DNA from: an uncultured Acidobacteriota bacterium
GTDB taxonomy: Bacteria > Acidobacteriota > Vicinamibacteria > Fen-336
NCBI GenBank assembly: GCA_963720545.1
Contig: OY970399.1
Coordinates: 288,001 to 352,000, forward strand
Direction: 5' to 3'
DNA: 64,000 nucleotides
Shown here: piece by piece, positions 47,896 to 62,506 of the stretch
Layout: each line of letters opens with the position of its first letter
How positions within the stretch are numbered: the first letter of the stretch is position 1
Made by a program: the position numbers and the translations under genes
Notes under the pieces: generated by a model
Told to the model about the DNA's origin: nothing
The model's input: only the letters and a program-made list of their open reading frames with translations
Databases searched by the model: none

Positions 47896-49662
47896 ATGAT
47901 CTGCTCCTTTTTTCTTGCTGCCACCCTGGCGCTGCCCTACGTCCCGCAAACCGTGCCGACCGCGATTCGTGACCACGTCGATGGTTCCCGCACGCTCGAC
48001 ACGGTTCGCGGGCTTGGGCGGTTTCACCGCGTGCACGGCTCGCCAGGATTCGCGGCCGCCGCCGAATACGTCGCGGCGCAGGCGAAGGCGGCGGGGCTCG
48101 AGGTGCAGATCGAGAAACTGCCGGCCGATGGCAGGACGAAGTACGCGCACTTCACGGCCTACCTCGGCTGGACCGCGACCAGCGCGTCGCTTGCCGAAAT
48201 ATCGCCGCGGCCCGGGCCGATCGCGCGCTTTCCCGAAGTGGCGGTGGCGCTTGCCGATTACAGCCAGGACGCCGACGTCACGGCCGACCTCGTCGACGTC
48301 GCGGGCGGCACGGCCGACTCCGACTATGCCGGCAAGGATGTCGCCGGCAAGATCGTGCTTGCGAGCGGTGCCTTGCCGCAAGTGAACGCCCAGGCGGTGC
48401 TGAAGCGCGGCGCGTTGGGTTTCGTCTCCGACTATCCCAACCAGACGACGGCGTGGTCGGGCGACGACCGCGACCTGGTGCGCTGGGGGCACCTGTCGCC
48501 CTACGAGACGCGCAACCGCTTCGCGTTCATGGTGTCGAAGCGCCAGTCGCAGGCGCTGCGCGAGCGGCTCGCGCAGGGCGAGAAGATCCGCGTGCGCGCG
48601 AAGGTCGCGGCGAAGATGGTGCCCGCGACCTACGACATCGTGAACGCGTCGCTTGCGGGCTCCGAACCGGCGGCCGGTGAGATTTTCCTCACCGCGCACC
48701 TGTGCCACCAGCTGGCCGGCGCCAACGACAACGCCTCGGGGAGCGCGGCCATTCTCGAGGTGGCGCGTGCGCTGAGCGAGGCGATCGCCGACGGCACCCT
48801 GCCGCGGCCGCGGCGCACCATACGCTTCCTGTGGCTGCCGGAAATCGCGGGCAGCCAGGCGTGGCTCATTTCGAACCCCGAAGCCGCGAAGCGCCTCTAC
48901 GCCGGCATTCACATGGACATGGTCGGCGGCCTGCTGGCGACGACCAATGGCACCTTCCATCTCTCGCGCACCGCGCGCTCGCTGCCCCACGCGATCAACG
49001 CGGTCGCGGAAGCCTGGTTCGACGATGTCGTCGCGCGCTCGGCGCACTACGCCGAACGCGGCGGCGACCCGCGCGCCGGCCTCGCCTGGCTGCCGGGTTC
49101 GCGCGAGGTGTTTCTCGGTGACGTGCGCGAGATGGAACTTGGCAGCGACCACGAGGTGTTCGAGGAAGGCAGCTACAGGATCCCGATGGTCTATTTCCAC
49201 GACTGGCCGGACGTCACCATCCACACGAACAAGGACCTGCCCGAGAACCTCGACGCGACCAAGCTGGGCCGGGTCGCCTACATGGGTGCGGGAATAGCCT
49301 GGACGATGGCTGCCGCCGCGGACTCGTCGTTGCCCGCTCCCGCACCGGTCACCGTAGCCGCGGCCGGCACCGACCGCCGCGTGCCCCTGCGCAACCCCGA
49401 GGTGCGCGGGCCGCTCGGCGTGTACTACTACGACCACCTCGAGGCGGTGCTCGGTGAAGGCTATGCAAGGACCCGCCTCGAGAAGCGCGAGGAGGGCGGC
49501 TTGCTCGCCTACGAGGCGCTCAACAACGTGGACGGCCGCAATACCTCCGCCGACATCGCCGGACGGCTGGCCGCGATCGATCCCCAGGCGAGCCCGGCGG
49601 AGGTGTCGGAGTACCTGGACCTCCTCGAGAAGGCGCGTGTCTTATCATGGAAGCAGCCATGA
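47896..49662 (+). CDS. M28 family metallopeptidase with PA domain
   Basis: [28 protein letters not shown]. Confidence 0.85.
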   Translation: MICSFFLAATLALPYVPQTVPTAIRDHVDGSRTLDTVRGLGRFHRVHGSPGFAAAAEYVAAQAKAAGLEVQIEKLPADGRTKYAHFTAYLGWTATSASLAEISPRPGPIARFPEVAVALADYSQDADVTADLVDVAGGTADSDYAGKDVAGKIVLASGALPQVNAQAVLKRGALGFVSDYPNQTTAWSGDDRDLVRWGHLSPYETRNRFAFMVSKRQSQALRERLAQGEKIRVRAKVAAKMVPATYDIVNASLAGSEPAAGEIFLTAHLCHQLAGANDNASGSAAILEVARALSEAIADGTLPRPRRTIRFLWLPEIAGSQAWLISNPEAAKRLYAGIHMDMVGGLLATTNGTFHLSRTARSLPHAINAVAEAWFDDVVARSAHYAERGGDPRAGLAWLPGSREVFLGDVREMELGSDHEVFEEGSYRIPMVYFHDWPDVTIHTNKDLPENLDATKLGRVAYMGAGIAWTMAAAADSSLPAPAPVTVAAAGTDRRVPLRNPEVRGPLGVYYYDHLEAVLGEGYARTRLEKREEGGLLAYEALNNVDGRNTSADIAGRLAAIDPQASPAEVSEYLDLLEKARVLSWKQP

Positions 49663-50318
49663 GATTCCACCTCGACCCACGCAAGCTGCGCCTGCCCGAG
49701 CCGGGCGAGGCGCTTCCCGGCCGCGCAGAGTCGCTGCAGGTTCCGGCGCGGCATTTCGTGCTCGATGCCCCCATCGCCCCGCCGTTTCCCGAGGGCTTTG
49801 GCCGCGCGGTGTTCGGCATGGGCTGCTTCTGGGGTGCCGAACGCAAGTTCTGGGATACCCCCGGCGTCTACACCACCGCCGTCGGCTACGCCGGCGGCCG
49901 CACGCCCAATCCCACCTACGAAGAAGTGTGCTCGGGACACACCGGCCACAGCGAAGTCGTGCTGGTGGTGTTCGACCCCACGAAGGTTTCCTATGAGGAA
50001 CTGCTGCGTGTCTTCTGGGAAAACCACGACCCCACGCAGGGCATGCGGCAGGGCAACGACGTCGGCACGCAGTATCGCTCGGTCATCCACACCTATGGCG
50101 ACGACCAGCAGGCGGCGGCGGAAGCGGCGCGCGAAATGTACCAGGCCGAGCTGCGCCGGTCGGGTTACGAGGAAATCACCACCGAGATCGTCGCCGCGCC
50201 AGCCTTCTACTACGCCGAGGGGTATCACCAGCAGTACCTGGCGAAGAACCCCGCCGGCTATTGCGGCATCGGCGGCACCGGCGTCTCCTGCCCCATCGGC
50301 CTGAAGACGGGCGCCTAG
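49659..50318 (+). CDS. msrA: Peptide methionine sulfoxide reductase A
   Basis: [38 protein letters not shown]. Confidence 0.97.
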   Translation: MRFHLDPRKLRLPEPGEALPGRAESLQVPARHFVLDAPIAPPFPEGFGRAVFGMGCFWGAERKFWDTPGVYTTAVGYAGGRTPNPTYEEVCSGHTGHSEVVLVVFDPTKVSYEELLRVFWENHDPTQGMRQGNDVGTQYRSVIHTYGDDQQAAAEAAREMYQAELRRSGYEEITTEIVAAPAFYYAEGYHQQYLAKNPAGYCGIGGTGVSCPIGLKTGA

Positions 50319-50322
50319 GGCG

Positions 50323-51207
50323 TCAGCCGGCCTCGCTGGCCGGCGCACGCCGCTGGCCGCCAATGGTGGCCAGCACGATGCCGAGCGAAACGAGCCCGTA
50401 GACGAGCCAGCGAGCGCCCTCGAGGTGCGCCCAGTTCGCGAGGTCGCGAGCGCTCGTCAGCAGCAGCAGGCCGGCCACCGCGAGGCCCAGCGCGCGCGGC
50501 GGAATGTAGCGGATCACCCACGCCGCGAGCGGCGCGCCGAGGACACCGCCAACGACCATCGCGATCACGATGCGCGGGTCGAGCTGGCTCATGCCCATGG
50601 AAGCGACCAGCGACACCACCGACACGGCGGCGACGGCAACCTCGGCGGTGTTCACTGAGCCAACGGCGAAGCGTGGCGGCAGGCCGCGCTGGAGGAGGAA
50701 TGGCGTCACCACCGGCCCCCACGCGCCCACGAGGCCGTTGGTCACGCCGCCCGCGAGCGCAGCCGCTTGCACCCCGCGTTCGTCGAACTTCGGGGCGCCC
50801 TGCGCCGGCGCCGATTCGTCGTCGTTCTCGCGCGCCACCGGCAACGGTCGGCTGAAGCGGAACAGGATGCGCACGCCAGCGAGCAGGAGGACGCTCGCCA
50901 GCAGCGGCCGCAGGTAGCTGGTGTCGATGCGCGTCAAGGCGATGGCGCCGAGACACGCGCCGATGCTGCCCGGAATCGCGAGCAGCAGGACGAGGCGGCG
51001 GTCGACGTTGCCGAAGCGCCAGTGAGAAACCCCCGAAGCGAGGCCCGAGGCCACCTTCGCGAGGTTGACGGTGGTGGAAGCGATCGCCGGCGGCAGGCCG
51101 GCACCGAGAAGGATCGTCGATGATGTCGGTCCGAAGCCCATGCCGAGCGCGCCATCGACGATCGATGCCGCGAAGCCGGCCAGGGCGACAAGAAGATATT
51201 GGTCCAT
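50323..51207 (-). CDS. TauE/SafE sulfite exporter family protein
   Basis: DGALGMGFG, SHWRFGNVD, GSVNTAE. Confidence 0.85.
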   Translation of the reverse strand: MDQYLLVALAGFAASIVDGALGMGFGPTSSTILLGAGLPPAIASTTVNLAKVASGLASGVSHWRFGNVDRRLVLLLAIPGSIGACLGAIALTRIDTSYLRPLLASVLLLAGVRILFRFSRPLPVARENDDESAPAQGAPKFDERGVQAAALAGGVTNGLVGAWGPVVTPFLLQRGLPPRFAVGSVNTAEVAVAAVSVVSLVASMGMSQLDPRIVIAMVVGGVLGAPLAAWVIRYIPPRALGLAVAGLLLLTSARDLANWAHLEGARWLVYGLVSLGIVLATIGGQRRAPASEAG

Positions 51208-51225
51208 TGTGTTCGATACTAACGA

Positions 51226-51873
51226 ATGGCTTCACGATTAGCCGCACCCCTCCCCGGACTGGCAATTGGCGAGGACGGGATGCATCGCTGTGCCTGGGGC
51301 TCGGGCGACGCCGGGTATCGCGCCTACCATGACTCCGAATGGGGCCTGCCGGTTACGGACGACCGGCGCCTCTTCGAGAAGATTTGCCTCGAGGGGTTCC
51401 AGTCGGGGCTCAGCTGGCTCACGATCCTGCGCAAGCGCGAAAACTTCCGCTGGGCGTTCGCCGGCTTCGACCCGGCGAAGGTGGCGCGCTTCGGCGCCCG
51501 CGACGTGCGGCGGCTGCTGCAGGATGAAGGCATCGTGCGCCACCGCGGCAAGATCGAGTCGACCATCAACAACGCGCGCTCGGCGCTCGCCGTGCGCGAG
51601 GAATTCGGCTCGCTGGCGCGCTATTTCTGGAGCCACGAGCCCGCGGCGAAAGACCGGCCGCGGCGCGTCACGCTCGAGGTGCTGTGCGCCACCACACAGT
51701 CGCCGGCGTCGGTGAGCCTCAGCAAGGACCTGAAGCGGCGCGGCTTCTCGTTCGTCGGCCCCACGACCGTCTACGCCTTCATGCAGGCGATGGGCCTCGT
51801 CAACGACCACCTTTCGGGGTGCCACGCCCGCGCCGCCTGTGATGCGGCCCGCAGCAGGCTGCGCCGGCCCTAG
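51226..51873 (+). CDS. tag: DNA-3-methyladenine glycosylase I
   Basis: RCAW, YHDSEWG, LEGFQSGLSW, FVGPTT.YAFMQA.G.VNDH..C. Confidence 0.95.
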   Translation: MASRLAAPLPGLAIGEDGMHRCAWGSGDAGYRAYHDSEWGLPVTDDRRLFEKICLEGFQSGLSWLTILRKRENFRWAFAGFDPAKVARFGARDVRRLLQDEGIVRHRGKIESTINNARSALAVREEFGSLARYFWSHEPAAKDRPRRVTLEVLCATTQSPASVSLSKDLKRRGFSFVGPTTVYAFMQAMGLVNDHLSGCHARAACDAARSRLRRP

Positions 51874-51908
51874 TCCAGACTGTTCCCGGCGTCCCGTACA
51901 ATCGAAGT

Positions 51909-52235
51909 GTGGCAAGCGACAAGGACAAGGACAGCGCCAGTTCCGACACCGCCGTCCTCGAGAGGACCGGGAGGAAGACCGTCGAGCCCACCCTCTTCAA
52001 GGTGGTGCTGCACAACGATGACTACACGACGATGCAGTTCGTGCTCGAAATCCTGGAATCGGTGTTCGCCAAGGCGCACGCCGACGCCTTCCGCATCATG
52101 ATGAACGTGCACCTCCACGGCCAGGGCGTCTGCGGCACCTATTCCCACGAGGTGGCGGAGACCAAGGTTGCGCTCGTCCACGACCAGGCGCGCGAAAACG
52201 GCTTCCCGCTGCGCGCCAGCCTCGAGGAGGCCTGA
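51909..52235 (+). CDS. clpS: ATP-dependent Clp protease adaptor
   Basis: VVLHNDDYTTM.FV, VH..G, EVAETK, FPL. Confidence 0.97.
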   Translation: MASDKDKDSASSDTAVLERTGRKTVEPTLFKVVLHNDDYTTMQFVLEILESVFAKAHADAFRIMMNVHLHGQGVCGTYSHEVAETKVALVHDQARENGFPLRASLEEA

Positions 52236-52240
52236 GCCAT

Positions 52241-54541
<2,301 letters not shown>

Positions 54542-54543
54542 GC

Positions 54544-55281
54544 GTGCCGGTCTTCAGGCTCGACCGGCGGCTCGTGTTTCCGCCGGTGCACCTCGCCGAG
54601 GACGGCCTGCTCGCGGTCGGCGGGGACCTGCGCAGCGAACGCCTGCTGCTCGCCTACGCCTCGGGCATCTTTCCCTGGTACGAAGACGGCCAGCCGCTCT
54701 TGTGGCACTCGCCCGATCCACGCACCGTGCTGCGCGCGGCCGACCTGCACGTGAGCCGCAGCCTCGAGAAGACGCTGAAGCGCCGGCCGTTCCGCGTCAC
54801 GCTCGATACCGCCTTCGACGCGGTGATTGCCGGCTGTGCCGCGGTCCGGCGGCCCGGGCAGCGCAGCACCTGGATCACGCCCGCGATGCGCGCGGCGTAC
54901 GGCAAGCTGCACCGCGAGGGCTACGCGCACTCGGTGGAGGCGTGGTCAGGCGAGCGCCTCTGCGGCGGCCTCTATGGCGTCAGCCTCGGCGGCGTGTTTT
55001 TCGGCGAGTCGATGTTCGCGGCCGCGCCCGATGCCTCGAAGGTCGCGTTCGTCACGCTCGTCCGCCAGCTGCAGCGCTGGGACATGCCGCTCATCGATTG
55101 CCAGGTGGAGACCGCTCACTTGCGGCGCTTCGGCGCGCGCGCGGTGCCGCGTTCGGCGTACGTGCGCGACTTGTCGCGGCTCTTGAAGCGGCCCACCCGC
55201 GGCGGGCCGTGGCGCTTCGACGATGCCGCAGACGCCGCCCTGGCCGCTGCGGGCGGTCGCCGTGCCGCCGGCCGCGGTTGA
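54544..55281 (+). CDS. aat: Leucyl/phenylalanyl-tRNA--protein transferase
   Basis: GLLAVGGDL, GIFPW, SPDPR, AHSVE, FFGESMF, ASKVA, IDCQ. Confidence 0.96.
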   Translation: MPVFRLDRRLVFPPVHLAEDGLLAVGGDLRSERLLLAYASGIFPWYEDGQPLLWHSPDPRTVLRAADLHVSRSLEKTLKRRPFRVTLDTAFDAVIAGCAAVRRPGQRSTWITPAMRAAYGKLHREGYAHSVEAWSGERLCGGLYGVSLGGVFFGESMFAAAPDASKVAFVTLVRQLQRWDMPLIDCQVETAHLRRFGARAVPRSAYVRDLSRLLKRPTRGGPWRFDDAADAALAAAGGRRAAGRG

Positions 55282-56180
55282 GCGGCGCGGCTCCTGTCGG
55301 CGGCGAAATCCGCGGGCGGCTCGCTGCTGAAGACGATCGTGGCGCCGGTTGCGGGATGGCGCAGCTGGAGCGTGTGCGCGTGCAGCATCACCCGCCCCGG
55401 GCCGTTGGCGCGCGCGCCGTAGCGCGCGTCGCCGCGGATCGGCCGGCCGGCGGACGCGAGGTGGATGCGGATCTGGTGCTTGCGGCCGGTCGCGGGCCGC
55501 GCCTCCACCAGGCCGCCGCCGCGCCAGCTCGCGAGCGTGCGAAACGCGGTCACGGCCTCGCGGCCATCCGGCATCGCGTCGTCACAGCTCCAGCTGTCCG
55601 GCAGTGCGGCGTGGCTCTCGACGAGCGCCCAGTACACCTTCGCGACGCTGCGCCTTGCGAACTGCTCCGCCAGTGCGGCGTTCGCTTCCGGCCGGCGCGC
55701 GAACAGCACGACACCCGAAGTATCGCGGTCGAGGCGCTGGTGCACGCCGAGGTACGGGTCTTCGCCGGCGGCGCGCAGCTGCTTGCCGATGGCATCGACG
55801 AGGTTCGGGCGGTTCGGGTCGGCGCCCGCGTGCATCGGCAGGCCCGCCGGCTTGTCCACCACCAGCAGGTCGGCGTCCTGGTGCAGGTATTTCACCCGGT
55901 CCACGAGCACGCCCTGTGGCAACTTCGTGGAGTCGACGCGGGCACGCACGCTGGCGCCGCCGCGCAGCAGCAGCGTCGGATTGCGCACCGTCTCGCCGTC
56001 CACCGACACGGCACCCGCGATCACCAGGCGCCGCACCAGCGATTTCGAGACCGTGCGCGCCAGCGCCGCCTGGAGCCACGGCTGCAGCGCGTCGCTGAGG
56101 CGCAGCTCTTCCCGGCCCTCGTGGCGCCGCACCATCTCGACCCAGCGCGGTGCCGGCTTCGTCCCTACGCGGACTGCCAT
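55116..56180 (-). CDS. RluA-family pseudouridine synthase with S4-like domain
   Basis: DKPAGL, HQRLDRDTSG, TGRKHQIRIH, GD.RYG, LHA; start MAVRVGTK at 56180. Confidence 0.9.
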   Translation of the reverse strand: MAVRVGTKPAPRWVEMVRRHEGREELRLSDALQPWLQAALARTVSKSLVRRLVIAGAVSVDGETVRNPTLLLRGGASVRARVDSTKLPQGVLVDRVKYLHQDADLLVVDKPAGLPMHAGADPNRPNLVDAIGKQLRAAGEDPYLGVHQRLDRDTSGVVLFARRPEANAALAEQFARRSVAKVYWALVESHAALPDSWSCDDAMPDGREAVTAFRTLASWRGGGLVEARPATGRKHQIRIHLASAGRPIRGDARYGARANGPGRVMLHAHTLQLRHPATGATIVFSSEPPADFAADRSRAAQPRPAARRPPAAARAASAASSKRHGPPRVGRFKSRDKSRTYAERGTARAPKRRK

Positions 56181-56911
56181 GTGCCGTCGCTCCAGATCTC
56201 GCAAGGCCGGAACCCCGCTTTGTAGCGCATCGCCTTCGACTCGGCGACGTAGTAGCCGAGGTAGACGTACGGGCGTCCGCTGCGGCGCGCCTCCGCGATC
56301 AGCCAAAGGATGTTGAGCGTTCCCGGCGAGCGCACGCCGGCATCGGGGTCGAAGAAGCAGTAGACCGCCGAGAGCGCGTCGGGCTCGGCATCCACGATCG
56401 ACACCGCGAGCAGCTTGCTCCCCTGGCGGAAGGTCGCTTCCAGTGTGGTGACGCAGCTCGTGTACAGAAACGACGCGAACTCCTCCCACGAGCCGTCCAT
56501 CGTGGTGTCGTGGCGCGCGGCCAGGTAGCGGGCGTAAAGCCGGCGCTTTTCCTCGCTCGCCTCCGGCGGCCCGAGGGTCACGGAAACGTCGGCGTTGCGC
56601 GCCAGGCAGCGGCGTTGCGAGCGGCTGGGGCGGAAGGCCTCGACCGGCACCCGGATCTGAGCGCAGGAGCTGCAGCCCTCGCAGGCGGGGCGATAGAGCA
56701 GCTGGCCGAGGCGCCGGTAGTTGAGGTCCATGAACGCGTGGTAATAGCCGGGCGGCAACAAATCGGTGCGCATCGCCACCTCGCGCGCTTCGCGGCCGGG
56801 ACGGTACGCGCACGGGTGCCCGGGCCCCGCGGGCAGGCCCATTTCGCCGACCCTGCGGCCGATGAGTGCCACCCGGCGCTCGTGCTCGGCTGCCCGCGCC
56901 TGTCCCGTCAC
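56165..56911 (-). CDS. bpt: ATE-family aminoacyl-tRNA protein transferase (Bpt-like)
   Basis: HPCAY, YRPACEGCSSC, FRPSRSQRR, SAVYCFFDPD, YLGYYV; start uncertain (GTG 56911 or later). Confidence 0.85.
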   Translation of the reverse strand: MTGQARAAEHERRVALIGRRVGEMGLPAGPGHPCAYRPGREAREVAMRTDLLPPGYYHAFMDLNYRRLGQLLYRPACEGCSSCAQIRVPVEAFRPSRSQRRCLARNADVSVTLGPPEASEEKRRLYARYLAARHDTTMDGSWEEFASFLYTSCVTTLEATFRQGSKLLAVSIVDAEPDALSAVYCFFDPDAGVRSPGTLNILWLIAEARRSGRPYVYLGYYVAESKAMRYKAGFRPCEIWSDGTWQSA

Positions 56912-56935
56912 GGCCTCAGGGTAACATCCCAGCAG

Positions 56936-57265
56936 ATGGCGGAGCGTCGACTCTACCGGGTAACGTTCCTCAATCAGGGCCAGGTCTACGAGGTCTATGC
57001 TCGGCGGGTCACACAAGGCGGCTTGCTCGGCTTCGTGGAGGTCGATAGTCTCGTCTTCGGAACCAGGACTCAGGTGGTGGTGGACCCCTCGGAAGAGCGC
57101 CTTCAAAGGGAGTTCGAGAGCGTCAAGCGTTTCTTTGTCCCGATGCACGCGGTGATGCGCATCGACGAGGTAGAAAAGCAGGGCCCAGCCAGGATCAGCG
57201 AGGCACCGAAGGGCGGGAATATCACGAGCTTCCCGATCCCTCTGTTCAAGCCCGCCAAGGACTGA
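56936..57265 (+). CDS. DUF1820 family protein
   Basis: F.NQGQVYEVYA, GFVEV, VVDPSEE.L..EF..V, PMH...RIDEV. Confidence 0.8.
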   Translation: MAERRLYRVTFLNQGQVYEVYARRVTQGGLLGFVEVDSLVFGTRTQVVVDPSEERLQREFESVKRFFVPMHAVMRIDEVEKQGPARISEAPKGGNITSFPIPLFKPAKD

Positions 57266-57275
57266 AGCGCACGAA

Positions 57276-57677
57276 ATGGTGAAGAAAATCCTTCTCGTCG
57301 ACGACGACGTCCCCACCCGGACCGCGCTGCGCGGCCTGCTCGAATCCGAGAAGCGCAGCGACCCATTCGACATACACGAGGCCGGTTCGGGGTCCGAGTG
57401 CCTCAAGGCGTTCGACAAGGACGGCCCGTTCTCCCTGGTGCTGCTCGACGTCACCCTGCCCGACCTCGACGGCTACGAGGTGTGCAAGGCGCTGCGCTCG
57501 GTGGACCCAAAGGTCCCGATCATCTTCGTCACGGCGCGCGGCGACCTGCGCGACTTCAACGCCGGGCGCAAGGCCGGCGGCGACTCCTACCTCGTGAAGC
57601 CGGTGGCCCGGCAGGCGCTGCGCGCCACGGTCGCCCTCTTCACCAACCTGGAACGGTCCCGCGCCCAGGGCAGCTGA
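57276..57677 (+). CDS. Single-domain response regulator
   Basis: ILLVDDD, LLDVTLP.LDG, FVTA, YLVKP. Confidence 0.92.
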   Translation: MVKKILLVDDDVPTRTALRGLLESEKRSDPFDIHEAGSGSECLKAFDKDGPFSLVLLDVTLPDLDGYEVCKALRSVDPKVPIIFVTARGDLRDFNAGRKAGGDSYLVKPVARQALRATVALFTNLERSRAQGS

Positions 57678-57684
57678 CAACTTC

Positions 57685-60057
57685 TTGAAGTTCCAGAGGT
57701 CCCTGCGGATCACCCTCATCGATCGCTACATCGGGAGGGAGATCCTGCCGCCGGCGTTCACCGGCCTGCTGCTGTTCACGGTCATCCTGGTCCTCAACCA
57801 GATCCCGACGCTGCTGCAGACGCTCATCTCGCGCAGCGCCGATGCCGGCACCGCCCTGAAGGCCTTCGCGCACCTGCTGCCGGCCTGGATCACGCTGACT
57901 CTGCCGATGGGTTTCCTGCTCGGCGTGCTGTTCGCCTTCGGCCGGATGACCAGCGAGAGCGAGATCATTGCCATGCGCGCCAGCGGCTTCAGCGCCTTCC
58001 GGCTGCTGCGCCCGGTGATGGTGCTCGCGGTGCTCGCGACCGGCGCCACCTTCTACATTTATTCCATCGTCACGCCGCGCTCCAACCAGGCGTTCCGCCA
58101 GCTGATGTTCTCGCTGCTGCAGACGAGCGTGCGCCAGCAGATGAAGCCGCGCGCCTTCAACGAGGACCTGCTGCCGAGCCGCACCCTGGTGGTGTACGCG
58201 CAGGACATCACCCCCGACACCGGCCGCTGGCTCGACGTCTTCATCAGCGACCGGCGCGTGCCGCAGAAACCGCGCATCATCCTGGCGCGCCGCGGCCACC
58301 TGCAGGTGGACGACGGCGCGCGCCGCGTGAGCCTCGAACTCGAGAACGGCTCGATCGCCAACTACGAGCCGGACAGCGGCCGCTACGAGAAGAGCTTCTT
58401 CCAGACCGCGCACATCCCGATACCGGCCGACGAGATCTTCCCCAACACCGAGATCTCGAAGGGGGAACGCGAGCTGACGATTCCGGAAATCTCGGCGCGG
58501 CTGCGCGACATGGAGGCGCGCGGCGCAACGCCGAAGGAGACCGCCCGTCTCGAGGTGGAGTGGCACAAGCGCTTCGCGATCCCGGCCGCCTGCCTCGCCT
58601 TCGGCCTCATCGGCCTCGCGCTCTCGCTCGGCCCGCGGCGCGAGGCGCGTTCGGCGGCGTTCGGCGTCAGCATCGTCGTGATCGCCGTCTACTACGTGCT
58701 GCTCCAGGTGGGCACACAGATGGGCAACGAGCGGGTGCTGCCGCCGTGGGCCGCGCTCTGGCTCGCCAACGTGGTGCTGGGCGGCATCGCGGTGCTGCTG
58801 CTCTTCTTCAACCAGCGCGAGGCTGCCTTCGACCCGCTCGACCTGTCGCGGCTGCGAGCGGTCCTCCCCGCCATCAGGCGTTCGGTGCGCAGCAAGCGCG
58901 CGGCGCAGGCACCCCTGCCGCCCCCGGCGCCCGCCGCGCCGCCGCGTGCGACCACAGGGTTCCCGAGCATCATCGACCGCTACATCACCCGCATCTTCGT
59001 GCGCAACCTGGCGCTCATCCTCGGCGCCTTCGTCTCGATCTTCGTGGTCGCCGACTTCATGGACCTGATCGACGACATCCACCAGAACCGGGTCCGTGGC
59101 ATCACGGTAGTGAAGTTCTACATGTACCTCACCCCCTACATCGTGCACCTGGTGGTGCCGATCGCCATCCTGGTGACGGTGCTCGCCACCTTCGGCATGC
59201 TGGCGCGGCGTAACGAAATCACCGCGCTCAAGTCGGTGGGCGTGAGCCTTTATCGCACCATCGCGCCGACGCTCGCGCTCGCCGCTGTCGGCAGCATGGC
59301 GCTCTGGGCCATGACCGAGTTTGTCCTGCCGCAGGCGAACCTGCGCGCGAGCTTCGAGAAGAACGTCATCAAGGGCCGGCCGCGCATCATGTCCACCTAT
59401 CTTGACCGGCGCTGGAGCACCGGCCCGGACGGCAAGTTCTATAACTTCGACTTCGTCAGCCAGGACGGGCCGCTCACCTTTCACGGCCTGTCGGTGTTCG
59501 AGGTGGACCCGCGCACCTGGCACCTGCGCGATCACCTCAGCGTCGCCACGGCGCGCTGGGACGGTCTCGCTTACGAGCTCGACCGCGGCTTTCGCGCCGT
59601 CATGACACAGCCGGCCAGCGGGCTGCCGGTGAACCGCGTCTACCAGATCGCGAGCGTGCGCACCCGCGAAATCGAGGCGCCGACCTTCTTCCAGCGCGAG
59701 AAGCTGCCGCCCGATACCCTGCGCTACGGCCAGCTGGGCGATTACATCGCCTCGCTCGAGAGCCTCGGCCTCGACGCCACCGAGTCGCGCGTGCAGCTCT
59801 ACCGCAAGGTGGCGTTTCCATTCGTCAGCATCGTGATGACGCTGCTCGCCGTGCCCTTCGCCTTCACGGTCGCGCGCCGCGGCGCTCTTTACGGCGTCTT
59901 CCTCAGCATCATCGTGGCGCTTCTCTACTGGGCGTGCCTCGGCACCTTCGAGGCGCTCGGCAAGAACGCGTTCATCCCGCCGCTGCTCGCCGCCTGGGCG
60001 CCGAACCTGCTGTTCGCCGCCGCCGGGCTCTACTTCATGCTCGGCCTCGACACCTGA
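57685..60057 (+). CDS. Fused LptF/LptG LPS export permease
   Basis: Two tandem YjgP/Q units, each starting IDRYI; SEIIAMRASG and NEITALKSVG; AWAPN. Confidence 0.9.
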   Translation: MKFQRSLRITLIDRYIGREILPPAFTGLLLFTVILVLNQIPTLLQTLISRSADAGTALKAFAHLLPAWITLTLPMGFLLGVLFAFGRMTSESEIIAMRASGFSAFRLLRPVMVLAVLATGATFYIYSIVTPRSNQAFRQLMFSLLQTSVRQQMKPRAFNEDLLPSRTLVVYAQDITPDTGRWLDVFISDRRVPQKPRIILARRGHLQVDDGARRVSLELENGSIANYEPDSGRYEKSFFQTAHIPIPADEIFPNTEISKGERELTIPEISARLRDMEARGATPKETARLEVEWHKRFAIPAACLAFGLIGLALSLGPRREARSAAFGVSIVVIAVYYVLLQVGTQMGNERVLPPWAALWLANVVLGGIAVLLLFFNQREAAFDPLDLSRLRAVLPAIRRSVRSKRAAQAPLPPPAPAAPPRATTGFPSIIDRYITRIFVRNLALILGAFVSIFVVADFMDLIDDIHQNRVRGITVVKFYMYLTPYIVHLVVPIAILVTVLATFGMLARRNEITALKSVGVSLYRTIAPTLALAAVGSMALWAMTEFVLPQANLRASFEKNVIKGRPRIMSTYLDRRWSTGPDGKFYNFDFVSQDGPLTFHGLSVFEVDPRTWHLRDHLSVATARWDGLAYELDRGFRAVMTQPASGLPVNRVYQIASVRTREIEAPTFFQREKLPPDTLRYGQLGDYIASLESLGLDATESRVQLYRKVAFPFVSIVMTLLAVPFAFTVARRGALYGVFLSIIVALLYWACLGTFEALGKNAFIPPLLAAWAPNLLFAAAGLYFMLGLDT

Positions 60058-60058
60058 T

Positions 60059-61518
<1,460 letters not shown>

Positions 61519-61522
<4 letters not shown>

Positions 61523-62502
61523 GGCTTGACCCTTCTCCTTGCAATGCTTGCGTCGCGAACTGCGGAACAAAGTACGAGCGCGGGTCCGGCGGCATCCGGA
61601 TCGGCCGGCAGGCCGCGCACCCGCGTGTTGACGAATCCGGCCGAGCGCAGCCAGCCGTCGAGCACCGGCGCTGCGAACCCCTGGTGCTGCTGGCCCATGC
61701 GCGCGGTGAACTCCGCGTCGTCATGGCTCGCCGTTTCCACGACCACGACGCGCCCGCCAGGCTTGACGACGCGCGCCATCTCGGTGAGCACAGGCTGCGG
61801 GTCGGCGACGTAGGCGAGCACCAGTACCAGCAGCGCCGCGTCGCACTCGCCGTCCTGCAGCGGCAGCGCCTCGAGACGTCCCTCGCGCAGTTCGGCCGCC
61901 GGCAGCGACGCGACCCGCAGGCGTGCGGCTTCGAGCATCGCCGCCGACTGGTCGACGCCGATCGCCTTGCGGACATGCGGCGCAAGGCTTGCGACCAGCC
62001 CGCCGGTGCCGCATCCGAGGTCGGCAACAACCCAGTCAGGCGGCAGCAGCTCGAGGAGCGAAGCCTGCAGGAAGGCACTTCCATACGCCTGCTCACGCAG
62101 CCGCTCCCACTGCCCGGCCGCGCCCTGGAAGAAGGCCCGCGACGAGCGCCTGCGGCCCTCCAGGCGCTTCTGCAGGCGGTTGCTGTCGGCGGCTGCCGCT
62201 GCCCAGCCCTCCGTCTGTTCCTTGGCGAGCTGCCACAGGCGTGTGGAACCGCCATCGCCGTTCAGGGGCGCGAGCGAATAGAGGTTCGTCGGGCCCTGGG
62301 CGCGGCTGCGGACGAAGCCGCGGTCGAGGAGGACCTTCAAATGGCGGCTCACCGTCGACTGGGGCAGCCGCAGGGCGTCCTTCATGTCGGCGACGCCCAG
62401 CTCCCGGCCCTCCAAGAGGCGGAGCAACCGCAGGCGCGTGGGGTCGGCAAGACCCTCCATCCAACCGAGCAGTGCCTCTGGCCGTCCCACAATCGTCTCC
62501 AT
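61519..62502 (-). CDS. ArsR-methyltransferase fusion regulator (SahR-like)
   Basis: [22 protein letters not shown] plus [11 protein letters not shown]-binding motif; directly upstream of ahcY with overlapping stop/start. Confidence 0.88.
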
Positions 62503-62506
62503 CGCT

